This document shows, one piece after another, positions 1-9,235 of a DNA stretch of 56,007 nt; position 1 is the stretch's first letter; every line of letters begins with the position of its first letter. A program made the position numbers and the translations under genes. The DNA is from Alphaproteobacteria bacterium (GTDB taxonomy: Bacteria; Pseudomonadota; Alphaproteobacteria; CAAHEQ01; UBA3637): contig JAFXIF010000024.1 of the NCBI GenBank assembly GCA_017533325.1, forward strand, positions 1 through 56,007, written 5' to 3'. The notes beneath the pieces are model-generated. The model ran no database searches. It was given only the letters and a program-made list of their open reading frames with translations, and was not told the DNA's origin.

Positions 1-150
1 AGTGAGCGCGAAGAAAGAAATGTCCAAAAGCGACATTTCTTTCAAGGAAAGCCAATGAAACTCAACGAAGAAGAATGAAAAAACTTTCATTCAGATGAGT
101 TGATAGTTGGAATTGGACGAGAACCCTTGGGTGAGAGTTCTTTCATGCAT

Positions 151-176
151 AAAAAAAGACCGCGAATGCGGTCTTT
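151..176 (-). terminator. Intrinsic terminator copy inside repeat unit A
   Basis: Stem gaccgc, loop gaat, stem gcggtc, flanked by an A7 run (a T-run on the minus strand). Near-identical to the terminator behind tRNA-Asp. Confidence 0.6.
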
Positions 177-336
177 AAATGGCGGGAGTGAGCGCGAAGA
201 AAGAAATGTCCAAAAGCGACATTTCTTTCAAGGAAAGCCAATGAAACTCAACGAAGAAGAATGAAAGTTTTTTCATTCGGATGAGTTGATAGTTGGAATT
301 GGACGAGAACCCTTGGGTGAGAGTTCTTTCACGCAT

Positions 337-362
337 AAAAAAAAGACCGCGAATGCGGTCTT
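337..362 (-). terminator. Rho-independent terminator of tRNA-Asp
   Basis: On the minus strand a gaccgc-attc-gcggtc hairpin is followed by T8, 4 nt downstream of the tRNA CCA end. Confidence 0.8.
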
Positions 363-365
363 AAA

Positions 366-442
366 TGGCGGGAGTGAAGGGACTCGAACCCTCGGCCTCC
401 TGCGTGACAGGCAGGCGCTCTAACCAGCTGAGCTACACCCCC
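366..442 (-). tRNA. tRNA-Asp (anticodon GTC), CCA encoded
   Basis: The reverse complement folds as a 77-nt cloverleaf: acceptor GGGGGTG/CACTCCC, D arm GCTC/GAGC, anticodon loop CTGTCAC, T arm GAGGG-TTCGAGT-CCCTT, then discriminator G and CCA. Confidence 0.95.
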
Positions 443-456
443 AAGGCGTGCTATAA

Positions 457-485
457 TTAATAGCAGAAAACTTTTGAATATGCAA
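457..485 (-). promoter_or_regulatory. Candidate sigma70-type promoter for tRNA-Asp
   Basis: On the minus strand: TTGCAT (-35), a 17-nt spacer and TATTAA (-10), about 14 nt upstream of the mature tRNA 5' end. Confidence 0.4.
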
Positions 486-530
486 GTTTTTTTTTATAAA
501 AAATCAATTTTTTTTATAATGTGTTTATTT

Positions 531-1547
531 TTAAGCGTTTTTTGCTAAATAAACAAGGCCGTTTAGTTGAATATCTTGCTGTTCAACCAAGAAAACAGGG
601 ATATTTTTCAAATAATCGGCAAAAGATTTTTTATAATAAAAATATTTTTTAAAATTTGATTTAAGAAATAAGCTTCTTATCATTTGTTGATTTAAAAGAT
701 TGCCCACCAAATAAACGCCGGCCTTAGTTTTTAGTGTTAAAGCTAAATTTGAAGCATAAATACCCAAAAACTCAAAGAAATACCAAAAAGTTAATAAGGC
801 AATTTCATCATTTTTAATGGCAAGTTCAGTAACTTCTTTTGGGCGAAGAGGAAAAATATCGGCTTCTGAAGTTTCTGAAATTTTAAATGCGTTTTTCATG
901 GATTCGGTTTCGCTTATCCAAGAGGAATCTTGAGCTTGTTGATTGATTTTTAAAATTGCTTGATAAAGGTGTAACAAACCGGAACCCGAAAGAATGTCTT
1001 CAAATGATAAAGGCGATTCTTCTTTAGTTATTTCTGCCAAAATTTTTTGTTGATTAGGAGTAATCGCGGATAAAGAGGAATGCCCTGCTTCAGAGGATAG
1101 AACTTGATATTCTTCATGATGCGGAATAAGAAAACAGCTTCCAAGACCGGTTCCCGGACCCAAAACAAGCTTTCGACCAAAACTTTCTTTTGTTTCATCT
1201 GCAAGGGGACGTAAATCTTTTTCTTTTGCTTTTAAAATGCCCCAACCTTGTAATTCAAAATCGTTAACGAGTAAAATATCAGTATCAGGATATGTTTTTT
1301 TTAGCTCATTTAAATTAATTGTAAAATCAGCATTGGTCAGTTTTGTTATGCCATTTTGAATGACACCGGCAACACCCAAAACCATTTTTTTTGGAGTTAC
1401 GCCGGTTGTTTTTAAATAAGTGCTTAAAACTTCTTGAAGAGTGTTATAATCATTGGTTTTATAATAATTTAGCGATGAAATTTCCGTTTCCTTTAAAAGC
1501 ATCACTCTGATATTTGTTCCTCCGATATCTGCTAATAAAACACTCAT
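531..1547 (-). CDS. glk: Glucokinase
   Basis: N-terminal LLADIGGTNIRV ATP-binding motif, GPGTGLG, and an SSEAGHSSL block typical of the Glk family. AGGAGG Shine-Dalgarno site upstream. Confidence 0.85.
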   Translation of the reverse strand: MSVLLADIGGTNIRVMLLKETEISSLNYYKTNDYNTLQEVLSTYLKTTGVTPKKMVLGVAGVIQNGITKLTNADFTINLNELKKTYPDTDILLVNDFELQGWGILKAKEKDLRPLADETKESFGRKLVLGPGTGLGSCFLIPHHEEYQVLSSEAGHSSLSAITPNQQKILAEITKEESPLSFEDILSGSGLLHLYQAILKINQQAQDSSWISETESMKNAFKISETSEADIFPLRPKEVTELAIKNDEIALLTFWYFFEFLGIYASNLALTLKTKAGVYLVGNLLNQQMIRSLFLKSNFKKYFYYKKSFADYLKNIPVFLVEQQDIQLNGLVYLAKNA

Positions 1548-1558
1548 GAAGCCTCCTT

Positions 1559-1789
1559 TTATTTAAAAATAGAAATAAACTCTTTTCCGACACATCCCAA
1601 GTTTTGAAAAACACATTTAATCCCGATTAAAATTTGTGTATGCCATTTTTCTTCAGAGGAGGGAAGGCATGAAAGTAATTTATCGGTGCAGTGAGCTGTG
1701 AAAAAATCAGTGGAAAAAAGAGCGATGACCCAACAAACAATGGCCACTAAAACGCCAACCAATAAAACTTTTGAAAATAATGCTAGCAT
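1559..1789 (-). CDS. Small Cys-rich membrane protein, function unknown
   Basis: 76-aa ORF with one clear N-terminal hydrophobic helix. Its start overlaps the stop of the upstream gene by 7 nt. No recognisable family. Confidence 0.35.
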   Translation of the reverse strand: MLALFSKVLLVGVLVAIVCWVIALFSTDFFTAHCTDKLLSCLPSSEEKWHTQILIGIKCVFQNLGCVGKEFISIFK

Positions 1790-2511
1790 GCACTCATCCT
1801 TTTTTTATAAATTTCTTCAGCCAACTCTAATTCTTCCGGTGTGTTGACCCCATGCAATTCCGCAGCATCTCCGATAACAATATCTCTGCTTAAGCCTCTA
1901 TTTTTAGCTTTTTTCACAATATCTGTTAAATAATATTCACCGGCTGCATTTTGATTGTCAATTTCTTTTAAAAGACCTAATAAATATTTTCCGTTAACAC
2001 ACATAACGCCTGAGTTACAAAGTTTAATAGCGCGTTGAACGTCTGTTGCATCTTTATATTCCACAATGGAATCAAGGCCGTTTTCGCCCATAATAAGCCG
2101 ACCATATCTTCTTGGGTCTTCAGGGATAAATCCTAAAATGGCAACATCAGTTCCGTTTTCGCATTTTTCAATCATTTTGGTTAATGTTTCCGGTAAAAAA
2201 AGCGGTTGGTCACCAAACAAAATTAAAACATTTCCGTCAAACGGTTGAATTTCGGATTCAGCGGCTAAAACGGCGTGTGCTGTTCCCAATCTTTCTGTTT
2301 GAACAACGGTTTTAATTGGAGAAACAGCTTGTTTAACGTTTTCCATATTCGGACCGATAACAACGGTGATATCCTCTATGCCTGTTTTTTTTACGGTATC
2401 CAATAAAATATTAATCATTGGAACATCACAAATTGTATGCAAAACTTTTGGAAGATCAGTTCCCATCCGTTTGCCCATTCCGGCTCCGAGTATAATTGCT
2501 TTTGTTGTCAT
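1783..2511 (-). CDS. GlmU-like sugar-1-phosphate nucleotidyltransferase with the uridyltransferase domain only (no left-handed beta-helix acetyltransferase domain)
   Basis: LGAGMGKRMGTDLPKVLH signature and GTAHAV motif as in the GlmU N-domain. The protein ends at 242 aa in the linker-helix region. Confidence 0.7.
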   Translation of the reverse strand: MTTKAIILGAGMGKRMGTDLPKVLHTICDVPMINILLDTVKKTGIEDITVVIGPNMENVKQAVSPIKTVVQTERLGTAHAVLAAESEIQPFDGNVLILFGDQPLFLPETLTKMIEKCENGTDVAILGFIPEDPRRYGRLIMGENGLDSIVEYKDATDVQRAIKLCNSGVMCVNGKYLLGLLKEIDNQNAAGEYYLTDIVKKAKNRGLSRDIVIGDAAELHGVNTPEELELAEEIYKKRMSAC

Positions 2512-2526
2512 TTTCTTCCTCTCTTT

Positions 2527-4797
2527 TTAAATTAAAATATTGTGATCTGTGGCAAATGCTTTTAATAATGTTCGTAAACTGGCATCCGAATCGTTAAGAT
2601 GCGTATTTATAAAATGATTTGCTTCTTGTCTGTTGGTTGTTCTTGTAACGGCTTTGATGCTTCCTAATGAGGCCGGGTTCATGGATAAATGTGTGAACCC
2701 TAAGGCGATTAATGTAAAGGCTTCTAATGGTCGTGAAGCCATTTCACCGCAAACCGAACAAGGAATATTTTTCTTTTCGCAAGCCATCAAGATTTGTTGG
2801 AGTGCTTTTAAAAACGCAGGGGATAAAGCATCATATTTATCCCAAATAATCGGATTGGTTCTATCTGTAGCAAAGAAAAATTGTGCTAAATCATTTGTTC
2901 CGATGGAAACAAAGTCAACTTCTTCAACAAGCTCATCAAGTTGAAACAATAAGGACGGCACTTCAATCATAGTTCCGATTTGAATAGATGTGGGCAAAAT
3001 GCCTTCTTTTTCTTGCTCGCGTTTTAATTCCGCATATAAAAGTTTTTTGGCTTCTTTTAATTCATCAATCGTTGTAATCATTGGGAACATCACGTTTAGA
3101 TCTTTTCCATGAGAAGCTTTAACCAAGGCTCTTAGTTGTGTTTTTAAAATGATGCGCCTGTCCAATGTGATACGAATGGAGCGCCAACCCATTGCCGGAT
3201 TTTCTTCTTTTTTATTTTCAAAATATGGCAAAATTTTATCTGACCCGATATCAAGCGTTCTGAAAATAACTTTTTTATCGCCCACTTCTTTGAAAACGTT
3301 TTTATAAATGGCAATTTGCTCTTTTAAATCAGGTAATTGTTCGGCAGACATAAAAGGCAATTCCGTTCTATATAATCCGATGCCGTCATATTGGAAATTT
3401 TTTGTGTTTGAAATATCAGTTGGTAATCCGGCATTAATATTTAAAGAAATATAAACACCATCTTTTGTTTCGCTTGGTTGATTTTTAAACGGAAGATATT
3501 GCGCTTGGCGTTGTTTATATGTTTTAAAGCGTTCATCAAAGTCATCTAAGACTTCATCTGAAGGATTAATGTATAAAAAGCCATTAACGGCGTCAACAGC
3601 TAAAACATCATCATTTAAAATGCTGTTTGTGATGTCTTTAATCCCCGAAACAACTGGAATGTTAAGCGATTTAGCCACAATGGTCATGTGCATTGTTTGG
3701 GAGCCTTCTTCCAAAACAATCGCTTTAATTTTGCTTAAATCATAATCTAATAATTCAACAGGGCCTAAATTTTTGGCAACCAAAATAGTGTTTTTTGAAA
3801 GTCGTTTAGAAGATTTAACTTGTTTTTTGTTTAAATGACGCGTTATCCTGCCGGCCAAGTCTTGAAAATCATGCAAGCGTTCCTTGATATATGGATCGCT
3901 CATCATACTCATTCGTTCGGTAATTTCGTTGAGTACTTTTTGGATAGCAGCTTCCGCCGTTAAACCGGATTCAATTGCATTGTTAATTTTTTTTGCCCAG
4001 CCCTTATCTCTTGTGAACATTAAATAGGTTTTAAAAATTTCGGCTTGTTCATGAGTGATATCCGGTAGCAATAATTTTTGAGAAATTTCTTCTTCAACTT
4101 TTCTGATTGCTGCAATTAATTTTTTTTGCTCGGCTAATTTATCGGAAGATAAAATGGTGTCAAACTGAATGCGTTTATGCACATAGGCTTTGCCGATGGC
4201 AAGCCCTGAAATTAAACAGACGGCATCTAATTTTTTATGGCGTCTGGCACTGGCAACTTTTCCCTCATTGTGGGTCAAAAGATTTAAAAGTAGCCCGCTT
4301 AAAATCATGGATATGATGAAAAGAAAATCAATTTCGGCATCATTAAAACGGTATTGCTCTTTTTTTTGAACGCTTAAAACACCGATTAAAATATCTTGGT
4401 GAATAACCGGAACAGCGGCAAAAGAATTGAGATTTAATTCTTTTGTTTCGGGTTTATAAACAAATCCCGAATGACTCCATACATTTTCAACTTGTAAAGG
4501 TTTTCGTCTTAAAGCAACTTCGCCATTCAATCCTTCGCCAATGCGCAAAAATGTTTCATGAACTGCTTTTTTATCAAGTCTGTAAGTGGCATATAATTCC
4601 AAAACTTCACCGGGGCGCATTATATAAAATGTGCAGGCTTGTGTTTTTAAATGCTCGGCTGTTAATTTGGTGATGATATCAAGTTTTTCTTGAACTGAAA
4701 GATTTTGCTTGATAATTTTTTTCAATTCCCGCAAAGTTTCTTGCGCGTTTAAATTTTTTTTCTCTTTTCTTTTTAAAGAAGGTTTGATTACACCCAT
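2527..4797 (-). CDS. ptsP: Phosphoenolpyruvate-protein phosphotransferase PtsP (EI-Ntr) with N-terminal GAF domain
   Basis: GAF-like N-terminus, a GSQTMHMTIVAKSLNIPVV phospho-His region and an IGTNDLAQF PEP-utilising motif. Length 756 aa. Confidence 0.9.
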   Translation of the reverse strand: MGVIKPSLKRKEKKNLNAQETLRELKKIIKQNLSVQEKLDIITKLTAEHLKTQACTFYIMRPGEVLELYATYRLDKKAVHETFLRIGEGLNGEVALRRKPLQVENVWSHSGFVYKPETKELNLNSFAAVPVIHQDILIGVLSVQKKEQYRFNDAEIDFLFIISMILSGLLLNLLTHNEGKVASARRHKKLDAVCLISGLAIGKAYVHKRIQFDTILSSDKLAEQKKLIAAIRKVEEEISQKLLLPDITHEQAEIFKTYLMFTRDKGWAKKINNAIESGLTAEAAIQKVLNEITERMSMMSDPYIKERLHDFQDLAGRITRHLNKKQVKSSKRLSKNTILVAKNLGPVELLDYDLSKIKAIVLEEGSQTMHMTIVAKSLNIPVVSGIKDITNSILNDDVLAVDAVNGFLYINPSDEVLDDFDERFKTYKQRQAQYLPFKNQPSETKDGVYISLNINAGLPTDISNTKNFQYDGIGLYRTELPFMSAEQLPDLKEQIAIYKNVFKEVGDKKVIFRTLDIGSDKILPYFENKKEENPAMGWRSIRITLDRRIILKTQLRALVKASHGKDLNVMFPMITTIDELKEAKKLLYAELKREQEKEGILPTSIQIGTMIEVPSLLFQLDELVEEVDFVSIGTNDLAQFFFATDRTNPIIWDKYDALSPAFLKALQQILMACEKKNIPCSVCGEMASRPLEAFTLIALGFTHLSMNPASLGSIKAVTRTTNRQEANHFINTHLNDSDASLRTLLKAFATDHNILI

Positions 4798-4865
4798 CTT
4801 TCGCCCTTTTTTTATGTTTTTTTATAAAAAGAGTTTAGAAAATATTATAGGTTCCGTCAAGTCTT

Positions 4866-5696
4866 TTATTCTTTATCATCTAAAACGGCGTGAATAAATC
4901 CGTTTTTTGGCAGTTGATGATGATCGGCGGTGTCATCGGAAAAGAAAACTTTCGGATGTGGTGCTTTTTCATAAAGTTTTAAGCCTTGTGAATAAGGCAC
5001 AACCGTGTCATTTTTCCCATGCCCGATATAAAGTTTGGTTTGAATATTTGTAATCAGTTTGTCGGTTTCAAATTTATCTTTTAACAGAATGGAATAAGGA
5101 AAAATATTCCCAAATCTGTTTTTTGCCATGTCTAAAATTGAATAAAACGGCGTTTCTAAAACAAGGGCATGGACCGGTTTTTTTTCTTGCGCCATAAAGT
5201 TTGCGGCATAAGTGGCAACATAAGTGCCAAGGGAATGCCCGTAAATAATGATATCTTTTTCGTTATAGCCTTTGCTTAAAGCAAAAAGTAAAGCTGTTTT
5301 AGCGTCTTGCTCCAATTCTTTTTGAGTTAAATTTCCTTTTATACCCCCAAATCCTTCATATTCGGGCATTAAAACGCCATAACCTAATTCATTGAAAAAG
5401 TGAAGTTGATTGGTGTTGTTTAAAAGATTACCAGTGTTCCCATGAAAAAAAACAATCAATTTTTTATTTTTTTTAGGTTTTAAATACCAAGCATAAATTT
5501 CTTTTCCGTTTGGAAGGAGATATGTGACTTCTTTAATATGTTTGATTTTTTCTTGAATAACAGAAATGTTTGGCTTATTCGCTTCCGGATGAAAAATAAT
5601 TTTTGATTGAAAACTATATAAAAGAAAAGCAATCAAAACATAAATAAAAATGATGAGGATTAACATAATCAAAGCTTTGATTAAAATTTCTTTCAT
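4866..5696 (-). CDS. Alpha/beta-fold hydrolase with N-terminal membrane anchor
   Basis: HGNTGN oxyanion region and GHSLG nucleophile elbow, with a C-terminal Asp/His region. AAGGAG Shine-Dalgarno site. Confidence 0.7.
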   Translation of the reverse strand: MKEILIKALIMLILIIFIYVLIAFLLYSFQSKIIFHPEANKPNISVIQEKIKHIKEVTYLLPNGKEIYAWYLKPKKNKKLIVFFHGNTGNLLNNTNQLHFFNELGYGVLMPEYEGFGGIKGNLTQKELEQDAKTALLFALSKGYNEKDIIIYGHSLGTYVATYAANFMAQEKKPVHALVLETPFYSILDMAKNRFGNIFPYSILLKDKFETDKLITNIQTKLYIGHGKNDTVVPYSQGLKLYEKAPHPKVFFSDDTADHHQLPKNGFIHAVLDDKE

Positions 5697-5705
5697 TTTA
5701 TCTCC

Positions 5706-7721
5706 TTATAATTCCTGAACAGCAAGTTGTTCCAGTTTTTTAAGTTTATCTCTTAACTGAGCGGCTTTTTCAAATTCAAGCGCATCCGCAGCAATTTTCA
5801 TTTGTTTTTTGATTTCTTCAATAGATTCCGGCAAGTCTTTTTCAAGAGATTGGGCAGATTTCTTTTCGTTAGATCCGACCAAATCATTAAAGTCTTGAAT
5901 CAAATCAGGAATGGCTTTTTGAATGCCTTTAGGTTGAATGTTATGTTCCACATTAAATTCTATTTGCTTTTGCCGGCGTCTGTTGGTTTCATAAAGAGCT
6001 GCTTCAATGGATTTTGTTATTTTATCGGCATATAAAATCACTCGGCCGTTTACATTTCTTGCCGCGCGTCCAATGGTTTGAATGAGGGATGTTGTCGATC
6101 TTAAAAAACCTTCTTTATCAGCGTCTAAAATGGCAACTAATTCAACTTCGGGAATGTCAAGACCCTCTCTTAAAAGGTTGATGCCGACCAAAACATCAAA
6201 AGTGCCCAGTCTTAAATCCCTGATAATTTGGATGCGCTCTAAAGTGTCAATATCCGAATGTAAATATCTGACCTTCACATTATTTTCCATCAGATAATCC
6301 GTTAAATCTTCCGCCATTTTTTTTGTGAGTGTTGTCACTAAAACACGCCCCCCTTTTTTTGCAACTTCTTTTGCTTCATGCATCAAATCATCAACTTGCG
6401 TGCTAATGGGGCGAATTATGCATTCAGGGTCTAAAAGTCCGGTTGGGCGAATGATTTGTTCGGTGAAAACACCTTTTGTTTGCTCAAGCTCAAAAGGTCC
6501 TGGTGTGGCTGAAACAAAAATGGTTTTGGGACGCATTTCGTTCCATTCTTCAAATTTAAGCGGGCGATTATCTAAGCAACTGGGTAAACGAAATCCATAT
6601 TCGGATAAAACGGATTTTCTTGCAAAGTCACCACGATACATGGCGCCGATTTGTGGAACAGTAACATGGCTTTCGTCAATAAAAATCAAAGCATCTTCTG
6701 GTAAATATTCAAATAAAGTTGGGGGAGCTTCGCCTTTTTTTCGGCCTGTTAAATGACGCGAATAATTTTCAATTCCTTTGCAAGAACCCGTGGCTTCCAG
6801 CATTTCCAAATCATATCTTGTTCGAGAGGAAAGGCGCTCTGTTTCCAAAAGTTTTGAGTTTTCTTTAAAAAAATGAAGTGTTGCGTTGAGTTCTTCTTTA
6901 ATTGTTTTAATGGCTTGAGAAAGAGCAGGGCGCGGTGTTACATAATGGCTTGCAGGGAAAACAGTAATTTCATTTAGTTCCAGCTTTTTTTTGCCGGTTA
7001 ATGGATCAAATTCATAAATGGATTCAATTTCTTCTCCAAAAAAGGAAATGCGCCAAGCCAGATCTTCATAGTGAGAAGGAAAAATATCCAGTATATCTCC
7101 GTTTTGGCGGAAACAGGTGCGCTCAAAAGCAATATCATTTCTTTTATATTGTAACTCAACTAATTTTTTTGAAAGTTCAGTTATATCAACTTCTTCGCCT
7201 TTTTTTAAGCTAAAGGCCATGGAAGAATAAGATTCTGCCGAGCCCAAGCCATAAATACAAGAAACGGAAGAAACAATAATCACATCTCTTCTTTCCAAAA
7301 CATGACGCGTGGCTGCATGCCGCAATCGGTCAATTTGTTCATTAATTGCGGAATCTTTTTCAATAAAAGTATCTGTTTTCGGGATATATGCTTCCGGTTG
7401 ATAATAATCATAATATGAAACAAAATATTCCACTGCATTGTTTGGGAAAAAAGTTTTCATTTCGGCATAAAGTTGCGCCGCCAAAGTTTTATTGTGTGCC
7501 AAAATTAAAGTCGGGCGTTGCATTTGTTGAATGACATGAGCCATTGTAAAAGTTTTACCGGATCCGGTGATTCCCAATAAAACTTGATTTTTTTCTTCAC
7601 GTTTTAATCCGTCAACAAGCTCTTGAATCGCTTGAGGTTGATCACCGGCCGGTTCAAAGGCTGAAATCAATTCAAATCCGGCATCGCCGGTTAATTTCGG
7701 CTTGTTGTAAAGAGGAATCAT
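5706..7721 (-). CDS. uvrB: Excinuclease ABC subunit B
   Basis: [10 protein letters not shown] Walker A, helicase motifs, and a C-terminal UVR coiled-coil ([13 protein letters not shown]). Length 671 aa. Confidence 0.95.
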   Translation of the reverse strand: MIPLYNKPKLTGDAGFELISAFEPAGDQPQAIQELVDGLKREEKNQVLLGITGSGKTFTMAHVIQQMQRPTLILAHNKTLAAQLYAEMKTFFPNNAVEYFVSYYDYYQPEAYIPKTDTFIEKDSAINEQIDRLRHAATRHVLERRDVIIVSSVSCIYGLGSAESYSSMAFSLKKGEEVDITELSKKLVELQYKRNDIAFERTCFRQNGDILDIFPSHYEDLAWRISFFGEEIESIYEFDPLTGKKKLELNEITVFPASHYVTPRPALSQAIKTIKEELNATLHFFKENSKLLETERLSSRTRYDLEMLEATGSCKGIENYSRHLTGRKKGEAPPTLFEYLPEDALIFIDESHVTVPQIGAMYRGDFARKSVLSEYGFRLPSCLDNRPLKFEEWNEMRPKTIFVSATPGPFELEQTKGVFTEQIIRPTGLLDPECIIRPISTQVDDLMHEAKEVAKKGGRVLVTTLTKKMAEDLTDYLMENNVKVRYLHSDIDTLERIQIIRDLRLGTFDVLVGINLLREGLDIPEVELVAILDADKEGFLRSTTSLIQTIGRAARNVNGRVILYADKITKSIEAALYETNRRRQKQIEFNVEHNIQPKGIQKAIPDLIQDFNDLVGSNEKKSAQSLEKDLPESIEEIKKQMKIAADALEFEKAAQLRDKLKKLEQLAVQEL

Positions 7722-7733
7722 GGGGTATCCTTT

Positions 7734-8831
7734 TTATTTTTTGATTTGTTTTTTAATTTTTTTTGTTTCTTCAGATAAGTTATTTAATTCCTTTTTTATA
7801 TCTTTAAAAAGATTTTTAAACTCTTTTTTTTCTTTCCCCCATGAAGAAAAAACAATATAAGTATTCAAAAGTAAAATCCCTGTTACGATTAAGATAGCAA
7901 AAAGGCCGTCTGTTGAATTGAGATGAGGAACTTTTTTGCTAACATAAATAAAAACAAATCCAAGTCCGGCAAAGAAAAAACATGTCCAAAACATCTTTTT
8001 AACCGCTTTTGCAACATTTTTACCGGAAGCATAAGCTCTTTCGACTAAAAACGGAGTTGTAAGTGGTAGAAACTTTTTTTCTTTTATATAGTTGATGCTG
8101 AATGCTAAAATAATTTCCAAAAGCTCAAAGGCAATAAAAACAGGCAAAATTTCACCAAACCCGAGTGCGCTTGTGTAAACCCCAAAATAACCGGCAATGT
8201 AAGATAAAAAGAAACAAAGCGTTGGGCCAAACCACATGACATTTTGCTTTTTTAAAAGTAGGGCGCTTAGGCCGGAAAGTCCCAGAGCAGAAAAGCAAAG
8301 AAGAGAAAATATCGGACTAAAAAATAAAAAGAAATATGAACTCATAAATGAGATGATGATGAAAAGACTGGAAAAAGCTGAAAAAGAAAAGAAAGGAATC
8401 CGGTCTAATTTTTGCATCATAAAAATAAAAATCGTCCACCCGCAAACGGCGGCGATTTTTGATAAAATTTCCACAGGAGCTAAATTTTGAACTGGTGTGT
8501 TTGTCGGTAATAAAAAAGCGCCGATAGAACAAAACAAAAGAGTTACTAAAACAGCGTGAACATCATTTTTTTTGAGCTTATAAAATAAAAAACTTCCCCC
8601 TAAAGCCATTAAACTGACCAAAGTAGGGATTAAACCGATTTTATGTTCTATGCCAAAGCTTATTAAACAACCACCCGTAACCAGCGCTCCGATTAAAAGA
8701 GCACAGACATTTAAAAAATCTGCAACAGAAATATCTTTATTTTTGCTCAAAATAAGAAGAGGAAATAATAATTTTATTGAACCGATTAATATGAGTAATT
8801 CAAATAAAAAAATGCCAAGTTCAAATTGCAT
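7734..8831 (-). CDS. Polytopic inner-membrane protein, function unknown
   Basis: About 10 hydrophobic segments and a Lys-rich C-terminal coiled tail. Only a vague resemblance to MraY/WecA-type membrane transferases, and without their Asp motifs. Confidence 0.5.
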   Translation of the reverse strand: MQFELGIFLFELLILIGSIKLLFPLLILSKNKDISVADFLNVCALLIGALVTGGCLISFGIEHKIGLIPTLVSLMALGGSFLFYKLKKNDVHAVLVTLLFCSIGAFLLPTNTPVQNLAPVEILSKIAAVCGWTIFIFMMQKLDRIPFFSFSAFSSLFIIISFMSSYFFLFFSPIFSLLCFSALGLSGLSALLLKKQNVMWFGPTLCFFLSYIAGYFGVYTSALGFGEILPVFIAFELLEIILAFSINYIKEKKFLPLTTPFLVERAYASGKNVAKAVKKMFWTCFFFAGLGFVFIYVSKKVPHLNSTDGLFAILIVTGILLLNTYIVFSSWGKEKKEFKNLFKDIKKELNNLSEETKKIKKQIKK

Positions 8832-8871
8832 ACTTTCGCCCCCTTATTAAAAAATAAGATTATGTTTGATT

Positions 8872-9093
8872 TTAAGCTTTGTGTCTAAACGCAATGCGAC
8901 CTTTTGAAAGGTCATACGGTGTCATTTCAATTTCAACTTTATCACCAACCATTACACGAATGCGGAACTTGCGCATTTTACCGGATGTGTGTGCAATGAT
9001 TTCATGCCCGTTTTCAAGTGTGACTCGAAACGTAGCATTTGGCAAAGCTTCTGTAACTGTCCCCGTAAATTGCAAAACTTCTTCTTTTGCCAT
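8872..9093 (-). CDS. infA: Translation initiation factor IF-1
   Basis: 73 aa. [13 protein letters not shown]...[16 protein letters not shown]...YDLSKGRI is the canonical S1-fold IF-1 sequence. Confidence 0.95.
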   Translation of the reverse strand: MAKEEVLQFTGTVTEALPNATFRVTLENGHEIIAHTSGKMRKFRIRVMVGDKVEIEMTPYDLSKGRIAFRHKA

Positions 9094-9235
9094 AAAAAAA
9101 CTCCATAAAATTAATAAACGGCTACATTATATTTTCTTTTTTTGAAAAAATCAAGAAAAAACTCTTTGTTATCAATTAAATTATACAGCCATTACTCTAT
9201 TTTCATTTATACAAAAAATACAAAACATCAATATT

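Larger units (their letters stand above)
1..372. repeat. Tandem direct repeat of two ~186-bp units (1-186 and 187-372). Each ends with a terminator hairpin and a 12-nt copy of the tRNA-Asp 3' end (tggcgggagtga).
   Basis: The units align base for base with about 5 differences. The window starts exactly at a unit boundary, so the array may continue upstream. Each unit contains two perfect hairpins (gaaagaaatgtc/gacatttctttc and gaatgaaa/tttcattc). Confidence 0.9.

Noticed and set aside
175-336. 53-codon minus-strand ORF spanning repeat unit B behind tRNA-Asp (MRERTLTQGFSSNSNYQLIRMKK...)
   Set aside because: The ATG directly follows the terminator T-run, with no Shine-Dalgarno site. The same frame is closed by a TGA in unit A. 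It reads through a tRNA fragment and a terminator hairpin, so coding is unlikely.
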